Shown: positions 29,467 through 39,615 of the stretch, piece by piece | Position numbering within the stretch: position 1 is the stretch's first letter | Layout of the letters: each line of letters opens with the position of its first letter | Source of the DNA: a virus | Lineage: Duplodnaviria; Heunggongvirae; Uroviricota; Caudoviricetes | Virus record (IMG/VR): IMGVR_UViG_2879469214_000003 | Span: 1-64,000 of that record | Length of the DNA: 64,000 bases | Reading direction: 5' to 3' (one strand) | The notes under the pieces: generated by a model | Seen by the model: only the letters and a program-made list of their open reading frames with translations | What the model was told of the DNA's origin: nothing | The model's database searches: none | Position numbers and translations under genes: made by a program

Positions 29467-29520
29467 CTTTACGCTCTTAGTGATAATTCAGATTCCCGAT
29501 AAAATCTCACTTTTACTTAG

Positions 29521-29709
29521 TTATTCATCACCATATACAAACCAAGCTGGCAATCGTGGATCAACTATTTTGAACAGGTCATCGATAAATTCATATGCGT
29601 TCTCAATTACCTGATCTTTCTGATAAACAGTGTCACTACACTTGATTCCATTATCAATCATGAATTTAACTACTCTATCTAAGAGCTGTTTTTCAGTATC
29701 CATATACAT
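29521..29709 (-). CDS. hypothetical protein
   Basis: 62 aa ORF with RBS AAAGGAGA. Confidence 0.35.
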   Translation of the reverse strand: MYMDTEKQLLDRVVKFMIDNGIKCSDTVYQKDQVIENAYEFIDDLFKIVDPRLPAWFVYGDE

Positions 29710-29751
29710 TCTCCTTTCTCAAAGAAATATATCTTTCATAAGGTCTACTAC

Positions 29752-29913
29752 CTATTCCGATTCTTCAAGTTCATCAATTTGTATATTCAACTGATCAATC
29801 TCGCCATCCAACTCAGTTACATTTGCCATCATTAATTGGATCGTTTGCAGTAGTCTATCTCTTTTTTCAACTTTAGTACCCAGTTCTTCAATGAGATCAT
29901 CGTATTCTTTCAT
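29752..29913 (-). CDS. small coiled-coil hypothetical protein (about 53 aa)
   Basis: RBS GAAAGGGTG-N6-ATG. Not in the ORF track. Confidence 0.3.
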   Translation of the reverse strand: MKEYDDLIEELGTKVEKRDRLLQTIQLMMANVTELDGEIDQLNIQIDELEESE

Positions 29914-29977
29914 GTTGGACACCCTTTCTCACAGCAAGCCTTCTTTTGACTGTTTGGGGAGATAGTCTCCCCAATAA

Positions 29978-30835
29978 TTATTTAACCTCTTCGGTCTTAG
30001 TAGTTGGCAATTGAATCATTGGAGTATTAGATCCACTTACATATGGAAGTGCTCCATCCCATTTCTTAATTGTCTCATATTGAACGAGTTGATTAGAGAG
30101 TGACTGCTGAAGCTCCTTGTTTGCTTTGGCTTGACCTTCTGCTTCAATCAATAGTTTGTCCGCGTTACCTTGTGCTTCTACTCTTTTACGGTCTGCTTCT
30201 TTCTTGGCAATCTCAAGTTCAGTAGTCTTGCGTTCCAATTCTTGAGAAGCTTCAACACGCTTATCAATTGCTTCCTGCGTCTTAGCATCTGGTTGAGGTA
30301 CACCAACAGTTACATTAGATACGATAAAGCCCAATTCTTTAACATCATCAGCAAAGCGTTGTTGAACATCTACTCCTGCCTCAGATGATTTTTCACCATA
30401 AACATCAATTACTGTAAACTTAGAAATACCTTTACGAGCAGCGTCACGGAAACGTGTTTTGAGATATGTATCCTCAATTTCTTGAATCCCAATGGGGCCA
30501 AATGTATTGAAAATAGATGATACTTTACTAGGTTCTACTTGATAGTTGTAAGCAAAATCAATTGTGATGTTTTTACCATCTGACGTAGCAATCTGAATAT
30601 CTTTGTATTCAACCGTTTGAATTCTGATAGGATACTTAGTTACTTTCTCAAACGCTCCAACCAATTTCCATCCTTGACTCAGTGTACTGTCTTTTACCCC
30701 ACCATTTGGTGAATAAACAACCCCAACATATCCATTGGGAATTCTTGTTACAAAGAAACTCAACAATACAGCTCCTAGAATAATGACCGATGCAACCGCA
30801 ATTGCTCCTACTTTAAATGTCTTTAGATTTGTCAT
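29978..30835 (-). CDS. SPFH/band-7 (stomatin/prohibitin-like) membrane protein
   Basis: 285 aa. N-terminal TM, SPFH core, Ala/Glu-rich coiled-coil C-terminus. Confidence 0.75.
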   Translation of the reverse strand: MTNLKTFKVGAIAVASVIILGAVLLSFFVTRIPNGYVGVVYSPNGGVKDSTLSQGWKLVGAFEKVTKYPIRIQTVEYKDIQIATSDGKNITIDFAYNYQVEPSKVSSIFNTFGPIGIQEIEDTYLKTRFRDAARKGISKFTVIDVYGEKSSEAGVDVQQRFADDVKELGFIVSNVTVGVPQPDAKTQEAIDKRVEASQELERKTTELEIAKKEADRKRVEAQGNADKLLIEAEGQAKANKELQQSLSNQLVQYETIKKWDGALPYVSGSNTPMIQLPTTKTEEVK

Positions 30836-30971
30836 TTACAATCTCCTCTTGTTTAAATTTATTGTATTTATTAACGACAAAGTTTCCTACTTTACTGAAC
30901 ACAGGAAACATAAGTGACCACAAGCCAAAGCCTAGGATAAAAATTAAAATGAGTCCTCCAATGAATGGCAT
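30828..30971 (-). CDS. small membrane protein (47 aa) upstream of and overlapping the SPFH gene
   Basis: MPFIGGLILIFILGFGLWSLMF... RBS AAAGGAGAAGAAGG. Plausible NfeD-like partner. Confidence 0.3.
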
Positions 30972-30983
30972 CCTTCTTCTCCT

Positions 30984-31214
30984 TTATGGATGAATCCAAG
31001 CACAAATTTCATCTGCGCGAAGCAGCTCACAAAGTTGATTTAGATTACACTTACGTTTAACTGCGTCCCACATAGAACCCTTATATCCAAACTCTTTCTC
31101 ACAAAATTCCACAGCCTCATCTACTTCCGTAAATGATTCTTCTCCGTTCTCCAAATCAATAATCAACATATTCCATTCTCCTCTATGTATGTTTGCTAAT
31201 TTCGTACTGATCAT
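30984..31214 (-). CDS. hypothetical protein
   Basis: ORF. A likely later start at MLIIDLENGEE has RBS GAGGAG. Confidence 0.3.
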   Translation of the reverse strand: MISTKLANIHRGEWNMLIIDLENGEESFTEVDEAVEFCEKEFGYKGSMWDAVKRKCNLNQLCELLRADEICAWIHP

Positions 31215-31356
31215 GAATAATGTCTAATGCTTCCTGTAGTCCAAGAATCTCACCATCGTGAGCAATTGGATCTGTATCCTTGTAGTAATTAAGTGATACT
31301 TCAATTTCCTCAATAATCTTCTCAATTAATTTGTCCATGTATGGTATGTCTCCCTT

Positions 31357-31554
31357 TTAGAATCGAACAGTTGGGTAAGGATCGTAAATATCTCTCTTTC
31401 TACTTTGATACAAGTTCAAGTTAATAAATTCTTCGTTTAGTTTACGACTCTTCATCTCTTCAAGCATTGCAATTTCAATGTTGGTTTTTCGTTGTTGCGT
31501 TCGTAAAACTTCAAGTCTATTGGTGATATCAAGATAACTAAGTTCAGGAAACAT
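31357..31554 (-). CDS. hypothetical protein
   Basis: 65 aa ORF. Confidence 0.3.
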   Translation of the reverse strand: MFPELSYLDITNRLEVLRTQQRKTNIEIAMLEEMKSRKLNEEFINLNLYQSRKRDIYDPYPTVRF

Positions 31555-31797
31555 TTATTTACCTCCTTTAGATTTTATGAGGGGAATATGTAGTATCATT
31601 AGTGCACTTGCTGGAGCCATCAGTTGACTCATAATAATTCCAATTATTTTACCGATCTCGGTGTAGGGTTTTAGCAAGAATACAAACTGAGCTAGATAAT
31701 AATATGTGAAACCAAATACCAGCCAGAGGAACATAAACTTAAAGATTGTCAACGCTGCTTTAATTCTTCTCACTCCCCCAATACCTGATAAAGCCAC
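31555..31797 (-). CDS. small 2-TM membrane protein
   Basis: 80 aa with two hydrophobic helices. Confidence 0.35.
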   Translation of the reverse strand: MALSGIGGVRRIKAALTIFKFMFLWLVFGFTYYYLAQFVFLLKPYTEIGKIIGIIMSQLMAPASALMILHIPLIKSKGGK

Positions 31798-31836
31798 TAT
31801 TTTACCTAGATATCTGGCTTACAAAAGCCCTATGTA

Positions 31837-32034
31837 TCAAGGATTTTTAATTGCTCTAATCCGTCTTTTCATTAATCTATCTCTCAAATCATAAAACTTG
31901 TTCATCCTATCAAACTCTTTATGTCTCTCTATATATCTGACTACAAATTCCGGTCTTTCATTTACTGCTGGCCTACTAAATACGACTTTACCGAAAAGAA
32001 ATTCTTGTGCTTCATCATCCATTTGGTCACCCAT
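31837..32034 (-). CDS. hypothetical protein
   Basis: 65 aa ORF. Confidence 0.3.
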   Translation of the reverse strand: MGDQMDDEAQEFLFGKVVFSRPAVNERPEFVVRYIERHKEFDRMNKFYDLRDRLMKRRIRAIKNP

Positions 32035-32041
32035 CTGTGTA

Positions 32042-32296
32042 TTAAAAAGTCATACACCCTTTACGGTATCTTTTGCCCTTATATTTGAATCGAGCAATAA
32101 ATGTACGAACCAGAATCAATCCTTCATTCACTCGTTCAATTACGATTACGCCTTTCTCGGTCATCCATCTTAATTTACCTTGAACGTTTGGAATGGAGGA
32201 TATCATCTTAATGAGATATCCCACTCCAACATTACTTTGCTCACAGCGTAACTTCGCATGTTCCGAAACCTTGATTCTAACTTTATTCTTGCTCAT
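32042..32296 (-). CDS. hypothetical protein
   Basis: 84 aa ORF. Confidence 0.3.
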   Translation of the reverse strand: MSKNKVRIKVSEHAKLRCEQSNVGVGYLIKMISSIPNVQGKLRWMTEKGVIVIERVNEGLILVRTFIARFKYKGKRYRKGCMTF

Positions 32297-32303
32297 ATGT
32301 ATA

Positions 32304-32531
32304 TTACCGTTTAATAGATTTGCGTTGTGTACGTTGCTTTTTGAATTTAGTCAACACAGATCCTTCCTTCCGTCCATTTTCTGCTGGTTTAACATATTGG
32401 AATGTGAAACCCTTTTTAGCTGCCTGTTGTTTCGCTGCAATGACTGCCCCAAGATAATCAGCAGGAAGATTGTCGATTACCACGTTTTGATTGTTGTTAG
32501 TAGTTGCAATTCCGTAAAATTTCATATGCAT
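32304..32531 (-). CDS. hypothetical protein
   Basis: 75 aa ORF. Confidence 0.3.
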   Translation of the reverse strand: MHMKFYGIATTNNNQNVVIDNLPADYLGAVIAAKQQAAKKGFTFQYVKPAENGRKEGSVLTKFKKQRTQRKSIKR

Positions 32532-32557
32532 ATTTCTCCATTCGTATATGTATTATT

Positions 32558-34099
32558 TTATTGTTTAATAGTTTCTCTATAATCCTCGATGAACAATTGG
32601 CATGTTTTAATCACTTTCTTTTTAGGTCGATACTGAGTCCAAACATTAATATTAAGTGATCCTAAAGCTTCAACTTCTGTAAATACAGGTACTTTGTTGT
32701 AATAATCTTCATCTGTTTTAAACTTCATCAGTTGTAATTTTCCACAATCAATCTTTACTGTGTTATTAGTTTTACCCATCAGTTTTTTATCCGAAATAAA
32801 CAAATCTTTAATTAGAAATGTTCCCGGTTTAAAGTTGTTTCCTGAATAACGATAAAACTCTGCAAGATAGTTGATTAGATTTTCATTGACATTGTTGGCG
32901 CTAAATTCTAAATCATAATATAACGTGTCATCGGGCACAAAGTCTTTCAGGAAGTTATTTAATTCATCTTTCAATTCTTGTAGATTGTCTTTATTTAGAC
33001 TTAAGCCTCCAGCACCGTCATGTCCACCAGTATGATTAACATTCTCACATTGTCCTAGTAAGTCTAACATTGAGAATTCTTCTAAACCACGAAAGCTTCC
33101 TGCATATGTATTTTCATGATCTCCATCACCCAATACGATTGCTGGTCTGTTGAATTTTTTAGATAATTCTTGTGCCACCAATCCGTTTAGTCCCTTACCG
33201 ATAGATGGATCATACACAATGACTACTTTATCTTCATCTTTAATGCTGTCCTTGTGTCTCTCAAGTGCTTCAGCTTGAACAACTTTGCGATGTTCGTTCA
33301 ATTTAATTAACTCTTTAACATACCCCTTTGTTTCTGGGATTACTTTGTCACACATCAGAAAATCAATTGCCAGTTTGATGTTATCCGCTCTCGTTGCTGC
33401 TGTTACTGCTGGACTAGCACCATACAAGAAATCTGTTGAGGAGAGATTTTTCAAGTCTGAGTTCATCGCTTCAAACAATAGCTTCATACCTTCATGTCGT
33501 AAACCTTTAAGTGACACTTTTGCAAAATATCTATTCTCCATTTCCTTCATACACATTACATCTGCCATTAAAGCGAACCCCGGCAAATCACTCAACTCAA
33601 GGGAGTATCGAGTATCCATGTAGTCATCTATAACTTGACACACCTTATATACTAACAACCCACCTGAAGCATTCTTATTTGGGTACTCGCATCCTGCTTG
33701 TTGAGGGTTCACTAAAATACAATATGGATTCTCTACGTCAACTGAGTGATGATCTATAACCAAACAATCAATACCCTTGTCCACTAAAAACTTCAATGGC
33801 TCAACATCATTACTACTACTATCTACTGCTATATATAAGTCTGTATCATCTTCAATTTGGTCAATGATGAATTTGGAGCCGTGTCCTTGACTACGTTCAA
33901 CATATTTGATCTCTACATTGTCAGTGAACTTAATCAGAATCTTATAGAGTATCACTGCTGAAGAAATCCCGTCAAAATCCACATCGGCAAAAATTACAAT
34001 CTTCTCACCGTTCTTAATTGCCCTAATGATCCTTAAAACCACCACATCAATATTCTTCAGCAGATACGGACTGTGTACTACACTAGAGAGTGGATTCAA
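32558..34099 (-). CDS. DHH/DHHA1 phosphoesterase (RecJ-like ssDNA exonuclease)
   Basis: 513 aa. DVDFDG, LVIDHH, and GGH in the DHHA1 domain (NHTGGHDGAGG). Confidence 0.7.
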   Translation of the reverse strand: MNPLSSVVHSPYLLKNIDVVVLRIIRAIKNGEKIVIFADVDFDGISSAVILYKILIKFTDNVEIKYVERSQGHGSKFIIDQIEDDTDLYIAVDSSSNDVEPLKFLVDKGIDCLVIDHHSVDVENPYCILVNPQQAGCEYPNKNASGGLLVYKVCQVIDDYMDTRYSLELSDLPGFALMADVMCMKEMENRYFAKVSLKGLRHEGMKLLFEAMNSDLKNLSSTDFLYGASPAVTAATRADNIKLAIDFLMCDKVIPETKGYVKELIKLNEHRKVVQAEALERHKDSIKDEDKVVIVYDPSIGKGLNGLVAQELSKKFNRPAIVLGDGDHENTYAGSFRGLEEFSMLDLLGQCENVNHTGGHDGAGGLSLNKDNLQELKDELNNFLKDFVPDDTLYYDLEFSANNVNENLINYLAEFYRYSGNNFKPGTFLIKDLFISDKKLMGKTNNTVKIDCGKLQLMKFKTDEDYYNKVPVFTEVEALGSLNINVWTQYRPKKKVIKTCQLFIEDYRETIKQ

Positions 34100-34396
34100 A
34101 AACTCATCAATATTCTCAATTCCATTGATCTTAGCTAATTTTGAATATGTATTATCGTATGGCTCAAATGGAATCTGTGGTTGCTTTTGTTTCCATGCTA
34201 TGGCAAAATCACTCCTTTATCAGAATTATTGAATAACTATTTTGAATTTTTCAGGCAATGCAATATTCTCATTATTATTGATCCAGCTATTTGTTAACCA
34301 CTTGTCTACCAATCCTGTTTGTTTGTTGATGATTTTGATATTTGCTTTTCTCAAATCAATCACTCCCCCAGTTTGGATGTACTCGACTGATGCGTA

Positions 34397-34585
34397 TTAT
34401 ATCTCAATTAGTTCAACAATCTTTACTTTACTAGTGTCGATTAGCGCATTACCCACTTCGTGCTTACGACTGATAACATAGTATCGTTTCTTAAACATAT
34501 CTTGCATAAACTCCGAGAAATTTGCTTCACTATTATTTACTACTTCCTTTTTTGATCCATCATCAAATTCAATTATTACTTTCAT
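34397..34585 (-). CDS. hypothetical protein
   Basis: 62 aa ORF. Confidence 0.3.
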   Translation of the reverse strand: MKVIIEFDDGSKKEVVNNSEANFSEFMQDMFKKRYYVISRKHEVGNALIDTSKVKIVELIEI

Positions 34586-34623
34586 TTATACCTCCTTATG
34601 TTGCTGAAAGAGCAGTTTCATTT

Positions 34624-34797
34624 AAACTTTTTATTGATGTATTTGAAAGCAATCATCCACAATGCAAATGTAGTCGCGCCGTACAATGCCGACAATTCAA
34701 AAGCATGTGAAGGATATGATTCAAATACGGGTTTGGCAAGACGATTCATTGTAACCAACCCAGCAAAAAGGGCATAACTAGCAATAATATTTTTCAT
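34624..34797 (-). CDS. small membrane protein (about 57 aa)
   Basis: RBS AAAGGAGAAATACAT-ATG. Hydrophobic. Not in the ORF track. Confidence 0.25.
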
Positions 34798-34820
34798 ATG
34801 TATTTCTCCTTTTGGTTGAA

Positions 34821-35102
34821 TTAATTTAGTTCAGGCACAAGAGTATAAAATGTGTCGAAATTGTCTATCTTCGCATAGTCAACAAATCCATCTGGGAATA
34901 GAAGTTTATACCTTGGAACAGTCTTCGATCTTGTTGACACATCAATGGTAACTACACCTGTAATTACTGGACTGCCTCCATGCTTGCTATGTAGCTCTTT
35001 CAGTGACCAAAGAGCATTATTTACCTCATAACCATATTTCTCAGCAATTTTTGCCCCCATTAAAGGCTCTCTGGGAACAGCTCTAACAATACCTTCATTC
35101 AT
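34821..35102 (-). CDS. hypothetical protein
   Basis: 93 aa ORF. Confidence 0.35.
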   Translation of the reverse strand: MNEGIVRAVPREPLMGAKIAEKYGYEVNNALWSLKELHSKHGGSPVITGVVTIDVSTRSKTVPRYKLLFPDGFVDYAKIDNFDTFYTLVPELN

Positions 35103-35357
35103 TTTTAATCCTCCTTTTTTCTAAAGCAACTATATTTTTATCAAATAATTACCTCCTTTTGGATTCTTTTTAACTCATCCATAGTAATAATTTCTCTATG
35201 GTAATACTCCGGGGCAATTCTCACCAATCCTTCAGCTAATTCCCAACTCAATTCTTTTCCTATTACATCTCCGTTGATTGTTTCATCTTGCCATTCAACA
35301 ACTGCATATTTTGTATCCACATATGATCCTCCTTTCTCTAAGAAACTCTTCTTTTAC

Positions 35358-35603
35358 TTACACTTCAAAATCCAAAAAATTTGCCGCCAATGTAACACTC
35401 TCTTTTGTATTTGGATTGTATACAACATAGCTCATCTGATTATCCGCATGCTCTCCAATCGGTATCTCTTTGAGAATCTCTACTTCAGTCCCTGCATCAA
35501 ATTCAAACAGACAGTCTTGATCTACTTCAACGTAGCTATCTTGAATTTCTTCTCTCCAGAGATTCAGCATTAGAACATTCCTTTTTAACTTAGCAGTTTT
35601 CAA
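35358..35603 (-). CDS. hypothetical protein
   Basis: 81 aa ORF. Confidence 0.3.
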   Translation of the reverse strand: MKTAKLKRNVLMLNLWREEIQDSYVEVDQDCLFEFDAGTEVEILKEIPIGEHADNQMSYVVYNPNTKESVTLAANFLDFEV

Positions 35604-35884
35604 GATTTATCAATCTCCTTTTGTATGAAATTCAAATTTCACTTAGATTTCCTCTAATTCCATCATCGCTAGAATGTAAGCATCGTACTGATCTTCTGAA
35701 AACTCCCATCCAAATATAGCTATACTCCTATTGAATTCATCCAAGCAATCTTTTTTTATCTTGGATTCTAAGCGATCGCTGATTATTTTTAACAATTGAT
35801 TTAGATCGCTATGTTTACTCATTTAACCTTGCTCCTTTTCTTAATGAAATCCAACATTCATTCTAATTATAAAATACTTTAATG

Positions 35885-36142
35885 TTATTTTTGTGTATTA
35901 GATAGTTTGTAAAATTCTTTCTTACAACAGATCCAGAATGAATGATTTTCTGCTCCATTATCGTCTTCTATGTATGTTTCCTCATCCACCGCTGCGCAGT
36001 CATCATATCGCTTCATGAGCAGCTCGTAATATCCCCCGACAGTGACTGGTACATTTCTCAACTTGTCCACAATTTTAACATGGGTGGCTTCCTCCTCATT
36101 TGCTGTTTGCAATAAATCAGAATCGCTTATCTCAACATACAT
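35885..36142 (-). CDS. hypothetical protein
   Basis: 85 aa ORF downstream of a motif-bearing promoter. Confidence 0.35.
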   Translation of the reverse strand: MYVEISDSDLLQTANEEEATHVKIVDKLRNVPVTVGGYYELLMKRYDDCAAVDEETYIEDDNGAENHSFWICCKKEFYKLSNTQK

Positions 36143-36170
36143 TCAACCATCCCTCTCGATCTGATAATCT

Positions 36171-36221
36171 TATTATATTCTATATTTACATCAAGTCAAG
36201 TATTATTTTAGTGTAATTAAA
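36171..36221 (-). promoter_or_regulatory. repeat motif (TTTAATTACACTAAAATAATAC) plus consensus promoter TTGACT-16-TATAAT
   Basis: Best example of the family. Motif directly abuts the -35. Confidence 0.6.
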
Positions 36222-36415
36222 TTTGCATAAAAACTATATTTCATCTGATTATACGTCAGTCAAAATATCCATCATTTTTTCAATGGTCTCATCATTCAAA
36301 CCATTGTTTGCTTTCCAATCTTCAACCAAAAACTTCAAAGGTGGACACTCTAGATCCCACCAAGCCAAATAACTTAATTCCTCAAGCTGATTTACTGTAA
36401 ACATTGAACACCTCC

Positions 36416-37351
36416 TTAAACTCTGATTTTATATTTGTCCTCTTGTGTCATTCGTGTAAAAAAATCTACGCCATGATCTATTGGAGCGTCTTTCTCTCCC
36501 ATTACACCTGTACATTTGATAGCAAATAAACAATATATATTATCTCGCAATACAAACTTTCTAGCTTCGTCTTTGATCTCATCGCTTGTTACGTTGTTAT
36601 CAAAAGCCAACACAATCTCTACACCTAATCGCTCCAGCTTCAGCGCTTGAGCTTCACTAAGTTCATGTCCTCCTATGCTCACACTATTCTTAATACCATA
36701 ACTCCACGCCTTCTGAACGCTCTTCTCAGCCTCAAACACATACACACGTCCAGTGGATTTAATGTGTTCATACGTTTTATCTAATCCATATAAAATTAAG
36801 CTTTTAGGAGTAGGTATAGGATACCAATACTTTGAGATTTTCAGTTTCTCATAATCAAGAGTTGTCCTTCCTTTCACTCCAACTAGAGAGCCAAGATCGT
36901 CCCTGACAGGTATGATTATGCAGTTGTCATTGAGAGAGTAGCCCACTTCAAATATTTTTTGTGCTTCGCATGATATCCCCTCCTCTAAGAACTTCCAATT
37001 TGGCATTGATATGTACATATTTAAAACTGATTCGTCAATCTTACGAAGTGGAACTTCATCTTTAGCTTCCGTTTTAGGTTCAATTGAATCAAGAAAGGAT
37101 AGGATGGGATCTACCTCTTCTTTTACATTCTTATAATCCGAATAATAGCTGTATCCACACACTTGACAGATGTAATACATTGCCTTTGAAAATGAAATGT
37201 CTCTGTAGTGTTGCACCAAAGTTATTATATCTGCTGGTTTTGGTAGATTATCTGTATAGCAATTCACCAGTAACGAGTCAGTAAACACTTGTAGGCTTGA
37301 AGGATTGTCTCCTCCCGGTCTTGTTGATCGTATCTCACTACTATCTGACAT
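36416..37351 (-). CDS. DNA primase (TOPRIM domain)
   Basis: 311 aa. TOPRIM Glu (VYVFEAEKSV) and DxD (LAFDNN). Adjacent to the helicase. Confidence 0.5.
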   Translation of the reverse strand: MSDSSEIRSTRPGGDNPSSLQVFTDSLLVNCYTDNLPKPADIITLVQHYRDISFSKAMYYICQVCGYSYYSDYKNVKEEVDPILSFLDSIEPKTEAKDEVPLRKIDESVLNMYISMPNWKFLEEGISCEAQKIFEVGYSLNDNCIIIPVRDDLGSLVGVKGRTTLDYEKLKISKYWYPIPTPKSLILYGLDKTYEHIKSTGRVYVFEAEKSVQKAWSYGIKNSVSIGGHELSEAQALKLERLGVEIVLAFDNNVTSDEIKDEARKFVLRDNIYCLFAIKCTGVMGEKDAPIDHGVDFFTRMTQEDKYKIRV

Positions 37352-37459
37352 TCTATCATTAATATGACACCCAAGAGAGATTAAAATATCAGCAACTTTA
37401 TTGTCTCGTATTATGTTTTCCTTTAAAGTTTGGGCATCAATTTTATATCACCTCTCGTA

Positions 37460-38959
37460 TCAATCTTTGTTTAAAGCCTTGCGTAAATTTGCAACTTCTT
37501 TTTCAGTCTTAAGCTTTTTGTTTTCTTTCTTAAGTTGCTTAAGTTCTTTTTCGCCTTGTGATGGAACCAGATATCCCTTTTCAATCCACAGATTCTTACC
37601 TTTGTCTACTTCAAAACAGAGGATATCCTTGTCCTTACCTCCGCGATTCTTATCAATTACTACCATGTAATAGTTAATATGCATTTCTAATTGTGTCGTA
37701 GACTCACCTATAAAGGGATCATTAGGATTGTAAATTACGAACTTATCATATTGATCTCGCGATATCGGTTTTGCCATCATTAAAGAATCTGCAACGTGCT
37801 TGATATGCTTGCCATTTGCAATAGCTTGACTGGTAAGCATATCATTGAATAAGCTATCATCAGTGAGTTGAAAGGTAGACCAAACAGGAATATCTTCGGT
37901 ACTTGCTACTTCTTTAAGCATGTCTGCTGTTCTTACGAATGTCATCCAATCATGATCAGGTGCTTTCATTGTGTCATAAATAATCAACTGGCAATTTCTT
38001 AGTTTATGACGTTTAATTTGTCTCTTTAGAGTATTTTCATCGTACTTATTTAACTCCAAAAAGTATATCTTACTGTTTTGTTCTATGTATTTGGCTGCCT
38101 CTTTAACGATTTCTTCTTCATCCGCATTTAAAGTGCCTGTTACGATTTTGGTCTCATCAATACCGTCAATCCCTCTGCGCTTCATCTGCACATCAAAACC
38201 AAATTCGGGATTATTAAGTACACAGCTAATTTGCATACCTAGCCATTCAGCTTCATCTTGCTCGTTTACTAGTACCAATACGGGAATTTGTAGTTTGATT
38301 CCTAAGTAGCAAGCAATTTTACTTGTTGTTCTACTTTTACCACATCCGCTATGCATCCCAAAGAGGTTAAATTTCTTGCCCCTAAGCCCCCTAATTAACC
38401 CGTTAATGATCTCAAATGGAACTGGAACACCTACATCAGGAGTAAGCTTCCATTCTTCAATTTTGTCTGACATGTTGTGTCCTAGTATAATGCTATCTTC
38501 AACTCCACCTATGATAGTGCCAATGGTGTTGATCTGGTACTCCATACCTTTGATGATATCTTCTGTTCCAATCTTATCAAAATCTTTTCTCCCCATTAGC
38601 TTTTGCACCGGGAATCCTTTTCTTTCTAGTTCTCTTAATAGAGAATACTTCTTAAGTTTTTCGTAGTAAACTGGAAAATCGTCTAAATCTACAAGTTTCA
38701 TAATTCTGTGAATACATTTGTAACCTTTTAAATAGTCATATTTCGTTTTTCGATCTGGGTCTGAGTTCATATAAATATTTATCTTTACTTCATTAATTTC
38801 TGTTCCTGCATGTTGACTGTAGAGATCCATAAGTGAATCATAGAGAAACTTATTTGAAGGTTGGTTAAAATCATAGTTAGATTTTATTAGTTCACTATAA
38901 TCTAGAAGTAAATCGGGATTAGAGTACATGCTGCCTACTATTAACATCTCTGTTGCCAA
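37460..38959 (-). CDS. replicative DNA helicase (DnaB-like)
   Basis: 499 aa. P-loop GMHSGCGKS, RecA-like C-terminal domain, N-terminal helical domain. Confidence 0.55.
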   Translation of the reverse strand: MATEMLIVGSMYSNPDLLLDYSELIKSNYDFNQPSNKFLYDSLMDLYSQHAGTEINEVKINIYMNSDPDRKTKYDYLKGYKCIHRIMKLVDLDDFPVYYEKLKKYSLLRELERKGFPVQKLMGRKDFDKIGTEDIIKGMEYQINTIGTIIGGVEDSIILGHNMSDKIEEWKLTPDVGVPVPFEIINGLIRGLRGKKFNLFGMHSGCGKSRTTSKIACYLGIKLQIPVLVLVNEQDEAEWLGMQISCVLNNPEFGFDVQMKRRGIDGIDETKIVTGTLNADEEEIVKEAAKYIEQNSKIYFLELNKYDENTLKRQIKRHKLRNCQLIIYDTMKAPDHDWMTFVRTADMLKEVASTEDIPVWSTFQLTDDSLFNDMLTSQAIANGKHIKHVADSLMMAKPISRDQYDKFVIYNPNDPFIGESTTQLEMHINYYMVVIDKNRGGKDKDILCFEVDKGKNLWIEKGYLVPSQGEKELKQLKKENKKLKTEKEVANLRKALNKD

Positions 38960-39005
38960 ATCCTCAACCTTTGAAACCTCTTCAGAAATAATATCACCGC
39001 CTTAG

Positions 39006-39548
39006 TTAATCGAACAATGTGGTAATGTCTAACGCTTCCTTGCTTTCATTTACTTTTTTATTCTGGGCACTATTAATGGCTTTATTTACGACTCTCATTG
39101 AATCTACGTGGTTAATCAGTATCTCTGTTTCTGCTTTCTGTTTTGCAGATTTACTTTCGTCTCTCAGGCAGTTCTCAATGTTGTTTTTTACGATAGCGAA
39201 ACAGTACTTGAGTTCACTCATTAAATTCTTAAATTCTTTATTTCCCCTTGCCCACTCAATCTTCTCTGAGCAATATGTATATGTATTCTCAATGGTCTGA
39301 TATGTAATTCCTTGCTTGTAACGCTTACTGACTTTTCCAAATAACACAGAGTCATTTCTTAATTCTTGAATGTAAGGATAGAATGTGTTTGGTATAGTGC
39401 TAACTTTTTTCAATTTATGGATTCTCGCTATTGTATTTGCTAATCTATCCATTTCAAGTCGCTCTTTTGCTTTAAACTCTTTAACTTTTAAATATTTCTC
39501 ATAGCAATACTCAACATGATAATATCGCTTATCTTCACCATATTTCAT
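39006..39548 (-). CDS. hypothetical protein
   Basis: 180 aa ORF. Confidence 0.35.
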   Translation of the reverse strand: MKYGEDKRYYHVEYCYEKYLKVKEFKAKERLEMDRLANTIARIHKLKKVSTIPNTFYPYIQELRNDSVLFGKVSKRYKQGITYQTIENTYTYCSEKIEWARGNKEFKNLMSELKYCFAIVKNNIENCLRDESKSAKQKAETEILINHVDSMRVVNKAINSAQNKKVNESKEALDITTLFD

Positions 39549-39615
39549 ATCTTCCTTCTGCCCATATTGAGTACAAATTGGACACTTGACTGGTCTAGCC
39601 AGTTAAATCACCTCC

